DNA of 32,574 nt from Candidatus Cloacimonadota bacterium (GTDB taxonomy: Bacteria; Cloacimonadota; Cloacimonadia; Cloacimonadales; WRIO01), in NCBI GenBank assembly GCA_029564175.1, contig JAKQQL010000500.1:1-32574 (forward strand), written 5' to 3'. The position numbers and the translations under genes were made by a program. Of this stretch, positions 1 to 9,051 are shown in pieces. Each line of letters begins with the position of its first letter. Position 1 is the first letter of the stretch. The notes beneath the pieces were generated by a model. That model saw only the letters and a list, made by a program, of their open reading frames with translations, did no database searches and was not told where the DNA came from.

Positions 1-1260
1 ATCATCAGAGCGAAAGCAATACATAAAAATATACTGAAAGAAAATATTGAATATCCTGTCAGTATTAGTGCTGCCCAACAGTCAGTTCCTGCAATTCAAG
101 ATATCGTGGTAAATGGAAGTGGTTTGTCACCAGTAGGAGAAATATTTCTAAAACCAGACTGGTCAACCTTAAAAATCCTGCCATATTCTCAGTCACATGC
201 GTCAGTCATTTGTGATTTATATCAAAATGAGAAAGCCTGGGAACATTGCCCACGGTCATTTTTGAAACGAATGATTGCCGAAGCAAAAAAATCTGGGCTA
301 ATAATTAAAGCTTCATTTGAAAATGAATTTTATCTCTATAAAAAAGATGATAAAGGTCGTGTGCTGACAGAAGATAATACTCTGTTTGCCATGTTTAATG
401 CCTATGAGCAGAACGAAAATATAATTAATAAAATAAGTGATCAGCTCGATCAACAGGGCTTAAAAGTACTTCGTTACTATCCAGAATCAGGATCTGGTCA
501 GCATGAATTTTCAATAGAACACAGAGAAGCACTTGAAGCTGCCGATAATCAGATTCATTTCAGAAATACAGTACACGCAAATGCAATACAAAATGGAATG
601 ATTGCCAATTTTATGGCAAAACCTTTTGCAGATCTTGCCGGAAGTGGTTGTCACATACATCTCAGTATTGAAAAAGACGGAAAAAATATCTTTGAATCGT
701 TCAATTCTCAAAACGCAGACAGTCAGCTCGCAAAATATGCAATTGCCGGTATTTTGCATCATTTACCGGCTTTAATGGCCATTAGCACCCCAGGTACAAA
801 CTCATTTAAACGTATCAAACCTCATTTCTGGAGCGGTGCATTTAACTGTTGGGGATTTGACAATAGGGAAGCAGCAGTTCGTGTTATCAGTAAGCCTAAT
901 TCACAGGAAATTTCGCATTTTGAGCTTAAAACAAGTGATGGGACGGCAAATCCTTATCTGGTATTAGGAATGATTATTTCAGTGATGTTATATGGAATTG
1001 AGCATCAATTAATTCTTTCAGATGCAATGGATTGCGATCCGGGTCATTTATCAGGAAGTGTTCTTAAACAAAAAAAAATAAGCGCTTTACCAGAGGATTT
1101 TGATGTGGCTCTGTATCAGTATTATCATAATATTTATTTTAGAGAAGTAATGGGAGAATTACTTTTTAATTCATATTATGCTGTAAAAAAATACGAATTA
1201 GAGCATACAGTCAGATTTAAAGTTGATGAAGAAAGAGAAATGTTCGAAAATAAGTATTAG
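1..1260 (+). CDS. Glutamine synthetase-family protein (GlnA-like / gamma-glutamyl ligase), 5'-truncated by the window
   Basis: Frame is open from base 1 (IIRAKAIH...SAAQQSVP...). GS catalytic motifs FENEFY, YPESGSGQHE, KPF-x4-GSGCHIHLS, WGFDNREAAVR, HFELK-x2-DGTANPYL. Confidence 0.88.
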   Translation: MIRAKAIHKNILKENIEYPVSISAAQQSVPAIQDIVVNGSGLSPVGEIFLKPDWSTLKILPYSQSHASVICDLYQNEKAWEHCPRSFLKRMIAEAKKSGLIIKASFENEFYLYKKDDKGRVLTEDNTLFAMFNAYEQNENIINKISDQLDQQGLKVLRYYPESGSGQHEFSIEHREALEAADNQIHFRNTVHANAIQNGMIANFMAKPFADLAGSGCHIHLSIEKDGKNIFESFNSQNADSQLAKYAIAGILHHLPALMAISTPGTNSFKRIKPHFWSGAFNCWGFDNREAAVRVISKPNSQEISHFELKTSDGTANPYLVLGMIISVMLYGIEHQLILSDAMDCDPGHLSGSVLKQKKISALPEDFDVALYQYYHNIYFREVMGELLFNSYYAVKKYELEHTVRFKVDEEREMFENKY

Positions 1261-1326
1261 CTAACTTATGGTATTAGAAACAATTTCAAAGAAACATAAT
1301 GGTTTTAAAAAAAAGTTAAAAAAATA

Positions 1327-1354
1327 TTGACGTACAGATATAAAAATATATTAT
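1327..1354 (+). promoter_or_regulatory. Putative sigma70-type promoter TTGACG-N16-TATTAT
   Basis: Near-consensus -35/-10 hexamers in the intergenic gap upstream of the operon starting at 1433. Confidence 0.45.
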
Positions 1355-1432
1355 GGTAAAAAGCAATGAGAATCATGAACAAATACAGTCATGGGGCATT
1401 GAAACAATCAATCAACTCAGGGGAACTCAATT

Positions 1433-2284
1433 ATGGTTAAAACAATCGGACGTCTGGATTACAAAGATATTAAAGCGATTGATCAGAAAGTTGATGAAGT
1501 TTTTAAATATCTATCAAATGGAGAAGAGGACAAGGCAGTTAAGTTACTTTACAAAATATTAAATACACAGAATTATTTTGTGAGAGAAGTTGTCGGTAAA
1601 AGACTTGTACTTTATGCTGAACAGAGTGTAATTGAATTACTTGTTTTGCAGCACTTTACTCATTGTAAAATCTATGGAGTCAGAGCTGCAGGTTTATTCT
1701 ATTACTGGGAAAAATATAAAAATGAACCAGATAAGCTGATCAATCTGTTAGATGGATTTTGGGATAATACCCCTTGGGAAGTCGAAGCGATTTTGGCAGA
1801 TATGTGGCGAAGATATCCAAAAGAAACAAAGGAACACATGATCACCTGGCTTGAAAGTAGCAGTCCAAAACAAAGAACACTCGCTTTTCATGGAATGGAG
1901 CATGTCGCCGAAGACGATCCTGAATATATTCTGGAATGTATTACCCGAAATATTGATGATGAAAGCCCTGATGTTCAGAAAAAAATGACTCATGTGATCA
2001 CTCAGGTAGCAAGAACCAGACCTGCAGAATGTTATCCTTTTCTCAGAGAATGGTTGACTGTTGAAAATGAAGCGCGTGTCAAAACAGTATGGTCAGCTAT
2101 GAAGAAATTAGTCGGAATCGCTACTCAGAAACACGCAAAAGAAAAGTATGAAGAATTTTATATCTTAACCAAACAAACTGTACATGACTGGAAATTGGAC
2201 AGTAATGAACAAGTTGCTGCAATGGGGACAAAATTATATGAAGAATATGAGAATCCCGATAATTTTGCAGAAGTCGAAGTATGA
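1433..2284 (+). CDS. HEAT/ARM-repeat protein (DNA alkylation repair AlkD-like family possible)
   Basis: 283 aa helical repeats with HEAT-like motifs (NYFVREVVG, YGVRAAG, WLESSSPKQR, DDESPDVQK). ATGA overlap with the next gene. Confidence 0.6.
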   Translation: MVKTIGRLDYKDIKAIDQKVDEVFKYLSNGEEDKAVKLLYKILNTQNYFVREVVGKRLVLYAEQSVIELLVLQHFTHCKIYGVRAAGLFYYWEKYKNEPDKLINLLDGFWDNTPWEVEAILADMWRRYPKETKEHMITWLESSSPKQRTLAFHGMEHVAEDDPEYILECITRNIDDESPDVQKKMTHVITQVARTRPAECYPFLREWLTVENEARVKTVWSAMKKLVGIATQKHAKEKYEEFYILTKQTVHDWKLDSNEQVAAMGTKLYEEYENPDNFAEVEV

Positions 2285-2751
2285 TCAATTGGTTTAAAAA
2301 TAAGACTTTAAAACATTATAAACAATTTCTGAAATATTCAATATTCGGTATCATCTGCTTTTTTGTTGATTATGGTCTTACAGTCTTTCTGAATTATCAG
2401 TTTACTTTACATTATCTAATGGCATCATCAATAGGCTATGGTGCAGGCGTATTGCTAAATTACTTTTTTAGTATTACCTGGGTGTTTTCAAAAAGAAATA
2501 TGAAAGACATCTGGCATATAGAATTAGCTATTTTTTTATCGATAGAAATAGTCGCTTTACTTATCATGAACCTTTTTATCTTTCTGTCACATGATTACCT
2601 TTATATTGGCTTTTATATCGCTAAATTATTAGGTAATTTTGCGGCTTTTATCTGGAATTATACGATTAAACATATTTTTCTTTTCAGAGCACATCCTGAA
2701 GAAAAGAAGATATATATGGAAAGAAAAAAGGAGCTATATGGAAAAAAATAA
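2281..2751 (+). CDS. GtrA family membrane protein
   Basis: 156 aa, 4 hydrophobic segments, QFLKYSIFG, NYFFSITWVF and WNYTIKHIFLF motifs typical of GtrA. Confidence 0.85.
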   Translation: MINWFKNKTLKHYKQFLKYSIFGIICFFVDYGLTVFLNYQFTLHYLMASSIGYGAGVLLNYFFSITWVFSKRNMKDIWHIELAIFLSIEIVALLIMNLFIFLSHDYLYIGFYIAKLLGNFAAFIWNYTIKHIFLFRAHPEEKKIYMERKKELYGKK

Positions 2752-3448
2752 AATGTTTGTAAGTGTTATCATCACTGCTGGAGGTAGTGGGGTTCGTTTT
2801 AGTTCCAGAAAAAAAAAACAATATTTCAAAATTAATAAAAAAAGTATTCTGGAATGGACAGTACAAGCATTTTATCAACATCCAGAAGTTAATCAGATAA
2901 TCATAACAGTCCCTGTAGCTGATTTGCTATCATTAACACAAAAATTTTCATCCCTTTTCCCAGGTATTATACTGACAGCTGGCGGGAAAAGCCGTCAGGA
3001 ATCTGTATTTAATGGGCTAAAAAATTGTCCTTCAGAAACAGATATTGTCTTGATTCATGATGCTGTCAGACCTTTTGTATATGCGAATGAAATTACTTCA
3101 CTCATACATACAGCAGCTCGTCAAAAAGCTGTAATACCTGTGACAAAAGTTAAATATACAATAAAACGTTTTCAAGGAAATGAAATCACAGAAACTATCA
3201 ATCGAGATGAATTGCTGGAAGTTCATACTCCTCAGGCTTTTGATTATCAGCTGATTATGTCATTTCATCAACAGGCACAGACGGATCATATTGATCTGAC
3301 AGATGATGCAGGTTTATGTGAATACTATCATACGCCTGTTTTTTTTCAATTTTGTTCAAACGATAATATTAAGATAACCAATCCAGAAGATTTAAATATA
3401 GCAAAATCAATCATAAAGAAATTCATAAACGAGGAAAACCATGCGTAA
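2738..3448 (+). CDS. ispD: 2-C-methyl-D-erythritol 4-phosphate cytidylyltransferase
   Basis: AGGSGVRF...KQY, GGKSRQESV, VLIHDAVRP, HTPQAF, TDDA, NIKITNPEDL. Start moved to ATG 2738 (GGAG RBS). Confidence 0.88.
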   Translation: MEKNKMFVSVIITAGGSGVRFSSRKKKQYFKINKKSILEWTVQAFYQHPEVNQIIITVPVADLLSLTQKFSSLFPGIILTAGGKSRQESVFNGLKNCPSETDIVLIHDAVRPFVYANEITSLIHTAARQKAVIPVTKVKYTIKRFQGNEITETINRDELLEVHTPQAFDYQLIMSFHQQAQTDHIDLTDDAGLCEYYHTPVFFQFCSNDNIKITNPEDLNIAKSIIKKFINEENHA

Positions 3449-6161
3449 CTTACTAAAAAATCTAAAAATTACTGTTCCTGTACCGGTTATTGGTATTGGA
3501 TGTGGTGTATTAGGAATGCAAATCCACAAAACTTCTTTTCATTTAGGTAAATATGCATCAAATCTATTAAAAGCGCTAGAATATCGTGGATATGACTCTA
3601 CAGGAGCCATATTTCAGGATGATGATAAAAATACCGTTTTGTTAAAAGATGTCGGTGCTCCCAGCACACTGGTTGAAACGCTTGATATTATCAATCAGAA
3701 AGGTAAAATCTTTTGTGGACAAGTCAGATGGGCAACATTTGGGCAGGTGAGTAAAGAAAATGCTCAACCTCATGAAGTCAGATGTAAAACCCATATTTTT
3801 GGAGCTCATAATGGTAATATTACCAATACAAGAGAGCTGCAGAGTTTTTTAGTTCGTGAAGGACACCATGTTGTTTCGGATAATGATGGAGAAATGTTGG
3901 TACATATCATTGAACATTATTTTGAAATTGAATTATCTAAGCTCTCTGAAACAGATCGTATGACATCAGAAATCAGAAGAAAAAGCATGAGGCAAGCGAT
4001 TATCAATGGCTCAAAACAAGTGATAGGATCTTATGCAGCAGTAATTGTTGACCCATACAGTGAAACCAGCTATGCGATCAAAGCTGGCTCCAGTCTCTAT
4101 TTTGGAGTTGGAAATATTGATGAACAAGACTTTTGTCTGGCTTCTTCAGATTTAACCGCTGTATTGAAATTTACAAAAAATTTAGTGAAACTTCGAGAAG
4201 GAGAATTCGTAGAATATACTGATAATCATTATCAGGTATATGCTTATAAAAACCAAACAATCAAAAAACTTAACCAACCTGATTTAGTATATGAGGCAGG
4301 TCAAAAAGTTGATTCAAAAGCAATCCGTTCAAAACTAAGAGCTGAAGATACAGAACTCTTACCTGAGTTCAAGTACTTTATGGAGCAGGAGATTTATGCA
4401 GAACCAGAAGCTGTTGGAAAAGTGATTAAACTTTTCTTAGGAGGTTCAAATAGCTCAAGACATATGATAAAGTTTTTAGAAAATGAAGGTTATTTACAGT
4501 TAGCGACCGAAAGATGTAATGAAATTCTTGAAGAATCTGAATATGAAATGCAGTTAAAAAAGTTTAATAATTTTGTAAATTTAGAAGTTGTAGAACAGAT
4601 AGTCGCTCAAATAAAAACAAAATATCCAGAGATTTATCATGAACTTGTAAAAGAAGATTTTGAGAAGAAATTCTTTTTTTCCAGTGAGATGAATACATTT
4701 ATAGATCTGATCGGTGAAGAGTTTAATAAAAAAAGAATGCTGATAGCAAAGGTCTTTGATAGTATTTCTGAGAATAAGGATAAAGATGATTTTCAAGAGA
4801 AAGTCGATCAGTTTTTAACACTGGTCAAAAACACAATCAGTAATCAGAGAAATATTTATACATTAGCCTGTGGTACTTCCTATCATGCAACCAAGACAGC
4901 CGCATTATTTTTTAATGATATAGCCGGAGTAGAGATTATTCCGATACTTCCTGGAGAATTTCGCAGTCAGTATTCAAAAAGTCTCAAAGATAATGATGTG
5001 ATCATTGGTGTCTCTCAAAGTGGAGAAACTAAAGACCTGATTGATATATTCAATGATATTGACAATTTGAATCTGTCTATTAAGAAAATCGTATTAGTAA
5101 ACAATGTCAATTCCACTTTAGGGCAGGAAAAATCTGATGTTTCGATACCCATTATGTGTGGACCTGAAATTGCAGTGCCTGCGACTAAAAGTTACATGAA
5201 TCAGATGACGCTCTTTTTCTATCTGGCAATCCGAACCGCAGAAATGCTTCTGGAAAATGCTGAAAATAATGGAATATCATCAAATGATGTGCTCGAAGAA
5301 AAAAAAGAAATTTTAAGAAGATACAAACAACTCCAGGATTTGCCTCAATTACTCAAAGAAACAATAGAAACCACTGATGAACCTGTTGAAATGCTTGCAA
5401 ACAAAATCTATATGGAACCTTCTCTCCATATTTTAGCTACAAAAATTTCAGGTATTGCAATGGAAGGTGCTTTGAAAATCAGAGAAACAGTCCTCAATCA
5501 TACTCAGGGAATGGAAGCTTCAGAATTTAAACACGGACCTAATACAATCTTAGGTAAGAATACCGTCTTTGGTATGAAAAATATTGAAGGTATGATTAAA
5601 TATTTCAACAAGATTTTAGTTCAGGTTAATCAGATTGCTTTAGAAAAAAATATAGGAATCAAAGAAACTCAGGATATCATTATTGCAATTTCTGATTTTA
5701 TTTTTAACAGAACGTCTCCATTTAATCTATCTCGTGAAGGGACAAAAATATTTAAAGACGTGATAAAAAAATATGATTTCTTTGGACCAATGTATAGAAA
5801 TTATCCATTGATATATATCACCGGTCCTGATACAAGAGATGTAAATCTGACGATTTCTCAGATAAATACTCACAAGATTAGAGGTGCTGATACATTTGTG
5901 ATTGCCGAGGAAAACGAATCATTATACGAAAATGCTTCAGCTAGTCCAAATTCAGAGAAATATTATGGATGGGCATATATAACCCTTCCTAAAACTGGCG
6001 ATAGTTTAATGACTTGTTTTTCTTCAACAGTCGTATTACAATTACTTGGATTAAAAATGAGCCAGAAGAAAATGGAATATCTTGATAAATTGAACTTTAT
6101 TGATCATGGAGTGCATCCTGATGTTCCAAAAAATGTTTCAAAATCTATCACTGTAGATTAA
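3441..6161 (+). CDS. glmS: Glutamine--fructose-6-phosphate aminotransferase, atypical long form (906 aa)
   Basis: CGVLG, LEYRGYDSTG, RWAT, HNG, ACGTSYHA, SQSGET, EGALKIRE, FKHGP and C-terminal PKNVSKSITVD. Confidence 0.85.
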   Translation: MRNLLKNLKITVPVPVIGIGCGVLGMQIHKTSFHLGKYASNLLKALEYRGYDSTGAIFQDDDKNTVLLKDVGAPSTLVETLDIINQKGKIFCGQVRWATFGQVSKENAQPHEVRCKTHIFGAHNGNITNTRELQSFLVREGHHVVSDNDGEMLVHIIEHYFEIELSKLSETDRMTSEIRRKSMRQAIINGSKQVIGSYAAVIVDPYSETSYAIKAGSSLYFGVGNIDEQDFCLASSDLTAVLKFTKNLVKLREGEFVEYTDNHYQVYAYKNQTIKKLNQPDLVYEAGQKVDSKAIRSKLRAEDTELLPEFKYFMEQEIYAEPEAVGKVIKLFLGGSNSSRHMIKFLENEGYLQLATERCNEILEESEYEMQLKKFNNFVNLEVVEQIVAQIKTKYPEIYHELVKEDFEKKFFFSSEMNTFIDLIGEEFNKKRMLIAKVFDSISENKDKDDFQEKVDQFLTLVKNTISNQRNIYTLACGTSYHATKTAALFFNDIAGVEIIPILPGEFRSQYSKSLKDNDVIIGVSQSGETKDLIDIFNDIDNLNLSIKKIVLVNNVNSTLGQEKSDVSIPIMCGPEIAVPATKSYMNQMTLFFYLAIRTAEMLLENAENNGISSNDVLEEKKEILRRYKQLQDLPQLLKETIETTDEPVEMLANKIYMEPSLHILATKISGIAMEGALKIRETVLNHTQGMEASEFKHGPNTILGKNTVFGMKNIEGMIKYFNKILVQVNQIALEKNIGIKETQDIIIAISDFIFNRTSPFNLSREGTKIFKDVIKKYDFFGPMYRNYPLIYITGPDTRDVNLTISQINTHKIRGADTFVIAEENESLYENASASPNSEKYYGWAYITLPKTGDSLMTCFSSTVVLQLLGLKMSQKKMEYLDKLNFIDHGVHPDVPKNVSKSITVD

Positions 6162-6204
6162 AATCTGTGCTACAGTCGGATTGTATTAAGACATAAAATC
6201 ATGC

Positions 6205-6243
6205 ACCTGTTTGCTAGTTTAAATAGCAGACAGGTTGCTTTTC
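6205..6243 (+). terminator. Possible intrinsic terminator or stem-loop after glmS
   Basis: ACCTGTTTGCTA (6205-6216) pairs with TAGCAGACAGGT (6224-6235, one G-U), followed by TGCTTTTC. Confidence 0.5.
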
Positions 6244-6261
6244 ATACTCAATGGAGATTAT

Positions 6262-6735
6262 ATGAGAATTGGAATCGGATATGATGTTCATCAGTTGGCA
6301 GAAGGAAGAAAACTGATTTTAGGAGGAGTAGAAATCCCTTTTGATAGAGGTTTATTGGGACATTCTGATGCTGATGTACTAATTCACGCAATTATTGATT
6401 CATTGCTAGGGGCACTGGCTCTTGGTGACATTGGGCAACTTTTTCCTGATTGTTCAATGGATTATAAAGATATTGACAGTCGTATTCTCTTAAAAAAAAC
6501 TTATGATATTATTAAAGACAAGGGCTATCAGCTTATAAATCTGGATTCTGTTATTTGTGCTCAAAAACCCAAACTTAAGGACTATATTTCTCAGATGCGG
6601 ACTAATATTGCTGAGGATCTTGGCGCTGATATCAGTCAGGTTTCTGTTAAAGCTACAACTGAAGAACATCTTGGAATAAGCGGTTCTGAAAAAGGAATGA
6701 CTGCTTACTCGACCGTATTACTGGAAAAGTATTGA
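6262..6735 (+). CDS. ispF: 2-C-methyl-D-erythritol 2,4-cyclodiphosphate synthase
   Basis: MRIGIGYDVH, GHSDADVLIHA, GDIG-x2-FPD, SVKATTEE. ATG 6262 follows a GGAG RBS. Confidence 0.96.
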   Translation: MRIGIGYDVHQLAEGRKLILGGVEIPFDRGLLGHSDADVLIHAIIDSLLGALALGDIGQLFPDCSMDYKDIDSRILLKKTYDIIKDKGYQLINLDSVICAQKPKLKDYISQMRTNIAEDLGADISQVSVKATTEEHLGISGSEKGMTAYSTVLLEKY

Positions 6736-6770
6736 TTTTGAAAAAAAAGTCCATTTCATTCATTTTTTCC

Positions 6771-6799
6771 TTGACGCTCAATCCTTCGTAAATTATCTT
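6771..6799 (+). promoter_or_regulatory. Putative sigma70-type promoter TTGACG-N17-TATCTT
   Basis: Hexamers with 17-nt spacing just upstream of the TetR gene. Confidence 0.35.
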
Positions 6800-6826
6800 C
6801 TCTTAAAAAGAACTATAGGATTGAGT

Positions 6827-7435
6827 ATGAAGTATCAGAAAGGAAAAGCTGAAAAGAATAAATGCGCAAAAAGAAAAGCAATCTATAACTCAGCCATTGA
6901 AAATTTTGCGAAGAACGGTTTTTATGAAACGTCTATGTCCGAAATAGCAAAAGATGCAGGGGTTGCTGATGGTACTCTGTATTTGTATTATAAAAACAAA
7001 CACGATCTTTTAATCAAAGTATTTGAACAGATGGTGAATGAAAAACTCGATATCATTCAGGAAGCAATAAAAAAAGAAACTAATGCATTAAATAAATTAT
7101 ACATTTCATTTCAGTATCATATAGATTTGTTTACAAATAATCCCTCTTATGTTAGGTTTTTTGTGCAAGAAGTCAGACAAAGTCCTGATTTTTATAAAAG
7201 ATATCCAAATTTCCATCCATTAAAATCTTATTTAGACTTTTTAGAAAAATTAATCAAAGAAGCGATTGATCAGAATCTGATGAAAGATATGAACCCACGC
7301 CTGGCAGCTCAAATGATTTATGGCTCAATTGATTTTTTATTATCAGAGTGGGCACTCAACAAAGAAGAAATTCCTTTAAATAACATTTATAAAACAGTCA
7401 TAGATATTTTTCATAATGGCATGAAAAAAGACTGA
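6827..7435 (+). CDS. TetR/AcrR family transcriptional regulator (FadR-like)
   Basis: HTH GFYETSMSEIAKDAGVADGTLYLYYKNKHDLL. Start is either ATG 6827 (AGGA RBS) or TTG 6821. Confidence 0.92.
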   Translation: MKYQKGKAEKNKCAKRKAIYNSAIENFAKNGFYETSMSEIAKDAGVADGTLYLYYKNKHDLLIKVFEQMVNEKLDIIQEAIKKETNALNKLYISFQYHIDLFTNNPSYVRFFVQEVRQSPDFYKRYPNFHPLKSYLDFLEKLIKEAIDQNLMKDMNPRLAAQMIYGSIDFLLSEWALNKEEIPLNNIYKTVIDIFHNGMKKD

Positions 7436-7455
7436 AATTAAACAGGAGAGATTTG

Positions 7456-8988
7456 ATGAAAAAAGCAATGCTGATTATTCTCGATGGATACGGACTAAAC
7501 AATAACTCTAAAGGTAATGCAGTTCAGGCAGCAAACACACCTCACCTTGATTATTATCAAAGTCAATATCCCGTAGCAACTCTCAAGACTTCTGGTACTG
7601 ATGTTGGTTTACCTAAGGGTATTATGGGTAATTCTGAAGTTGGACATTTAAATATTGGAGCAGGTAGAGTCGTATATCAACTCAATACATTGATAGACAG
7701 CAAAATAGAATCAGGTGAATTTTTTCAAAATGAAGCATTACTTAAAGCAATTCATCATGCAAAATCCAATAACAGTCGTTTACATTTAATGGGTCTCATT
7801 TCAGATGGTGGAGTGCATAGCAGTTTGAATCATCTTTACTCACTCATAAGACTATGTCGTCAGGAAAATTTCCAAAATGTATTTATTCATTGTTTTATGG
7901 ATGGCCGTGATACACTACCAAATTCAGGTATTGACTTTGTAAAAAATCTGATGACTTATCTACATGAACAAGATACCGGAAAAATTGCAACAATAATTGG
8001 CAGATATTATGCCATGGATCGTGATAACAGATGGGAAAGAGTTGAAAAAGCATGGAACGCACTTGTAAATGCAAAGGGCGATTTTTATACGGATCCGCTC
8101 GAAGCTATAAAAGAAAGCTATGAATCTGGTGTAACTGACGAGTTTATACTCCCCAAAATTATAATTGAAAATAATGCACCTGTAGCTAAAATTGAAGATA
8201 ATGACAGTGTTGTTTTCTTTAATTTCCGTTCTGACAGAGCCAGAGAGATTAGCAGATCTTTTATTTATCCAGATTTTGCTGATTTTCCTGTAAGATATAT
8301 AGAAAATCTTTGCTATGTATGTATGACTGAGTATGATATTCGTTTTGAAAAACTTGTTTCAGTCGCATTTAGAAATCAGGCAATGACAAATATACTGGGT
8401 GAAGTTTTTGATAAACATCAGGTTCACCAATTAAGACTGGCTGAGACAGAAAAATATGCTCATGTTACATTCTTTTTTAATGGTGGAGTTGAAAAACCCT
8501 TTCAATATGAGGATAGGGTATTAGTTCCCTCCCCAAAGGTAGCTTCCTATGATATGCAACCTGAAATGAGTGCATTTAAGGTTAAAGACGAATGTATTAA
8601 AGCATTGAAATCAGATCGCTATCAATCGATCATTATGAACTTTGCCAATTGTGATATGGTTGGTCATACAGGCGTATTTGACGCAGCTCAAAAAGCTGTC
8701 GAGACTGTTGACCTGTGTGTAGGCGAAATAATACCACTTGCATTGGAAAAAGGTTTTTCTGTAATATTTACTGCTGATCATGGAAATGCAGAGCAAATGA
8801 TTGATGATAATAATAACGTAATGACTGCTCATAGCTTAAACCCCGTTCCAATTTGTATTGTAACTCCTGACAAGCATGTAAAAAGTTTGAATTCAGGCGT
8901 ATTAGCTGATATTGCGCCAACTATGTTATACTTAATGGAAATACCTCAACCAGCTGAAATGACAGGTAAAAATTTAATTATAGAATAA
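7456..8988 (+). CDS. gpmI: 2,3-bisphosphoglycerate-independent phosphoglycerate mutase
   Basis: LIILDGYG, MGNSEVGH, SDGGVHS, DGRD, GRYYAMDRD, AETEKYAHVT, NCDMVGH, TADHGN. Confidence 0.97.
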   Translation: MKKAMLIILDGYGLNNNSKGNAVQAANTPHLDYYQSQYPVATLKTSGTDVGLPKGIMGNSEVGHLNIGAGRVVYQLNTLIDSKIESGEFFQNEALLKAIHHAKSNNSRLHLMGLISDGGVHSSLNHLYSLIRLCRQENFQNVFIHCFMDGRDTLPNSGIDFVKNLMTYLHEQDTGKIATIIGRYYAMDRDNRWERVEKAWNALVNAKGDFYTDPLEAIKESYESGVTDEFILPKIIIENNAPVAKIEDNDSVVFFNFRSDRAREISRSFIYPDFADFPVRYIENLCYVCMTEYDIRFEKLVSVAFRNQAMTNILGEVFDKHQVHQLRLAETEKYAHVTFFFNGGVEKPFQYEDRVLVPSPKVASYDMQPEMSAFKVKDECIKALKSDRYQSIIMNFANCDMVGHTGVFDAAQKAVETVDLCVGEIIPLALEKGFSVIFTADHGNAEQMIDDNNNVMTAHSLNPVPICIVTPDKHVKSLNSGVLADIAPTMLYLMEIPQPAEMTGKNLIIE

Positions 8989-9051
8989 TAGCTAAATCGA
9001 TTGAATAATATGGCTTTATCAATGAAAATAAAGCATTTAATGGAGGATATG

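Noticed and set aside
2809..2818. A10 tract in ispD as a phase-variation site
   Set aside because: The frame is intact, and long A/T runs are common in this AT-rich sequence.
3380..3441. glmS ribozyme
   Set aside because: glmS overlaps ispD, leaving no 5' UTR to hold one.
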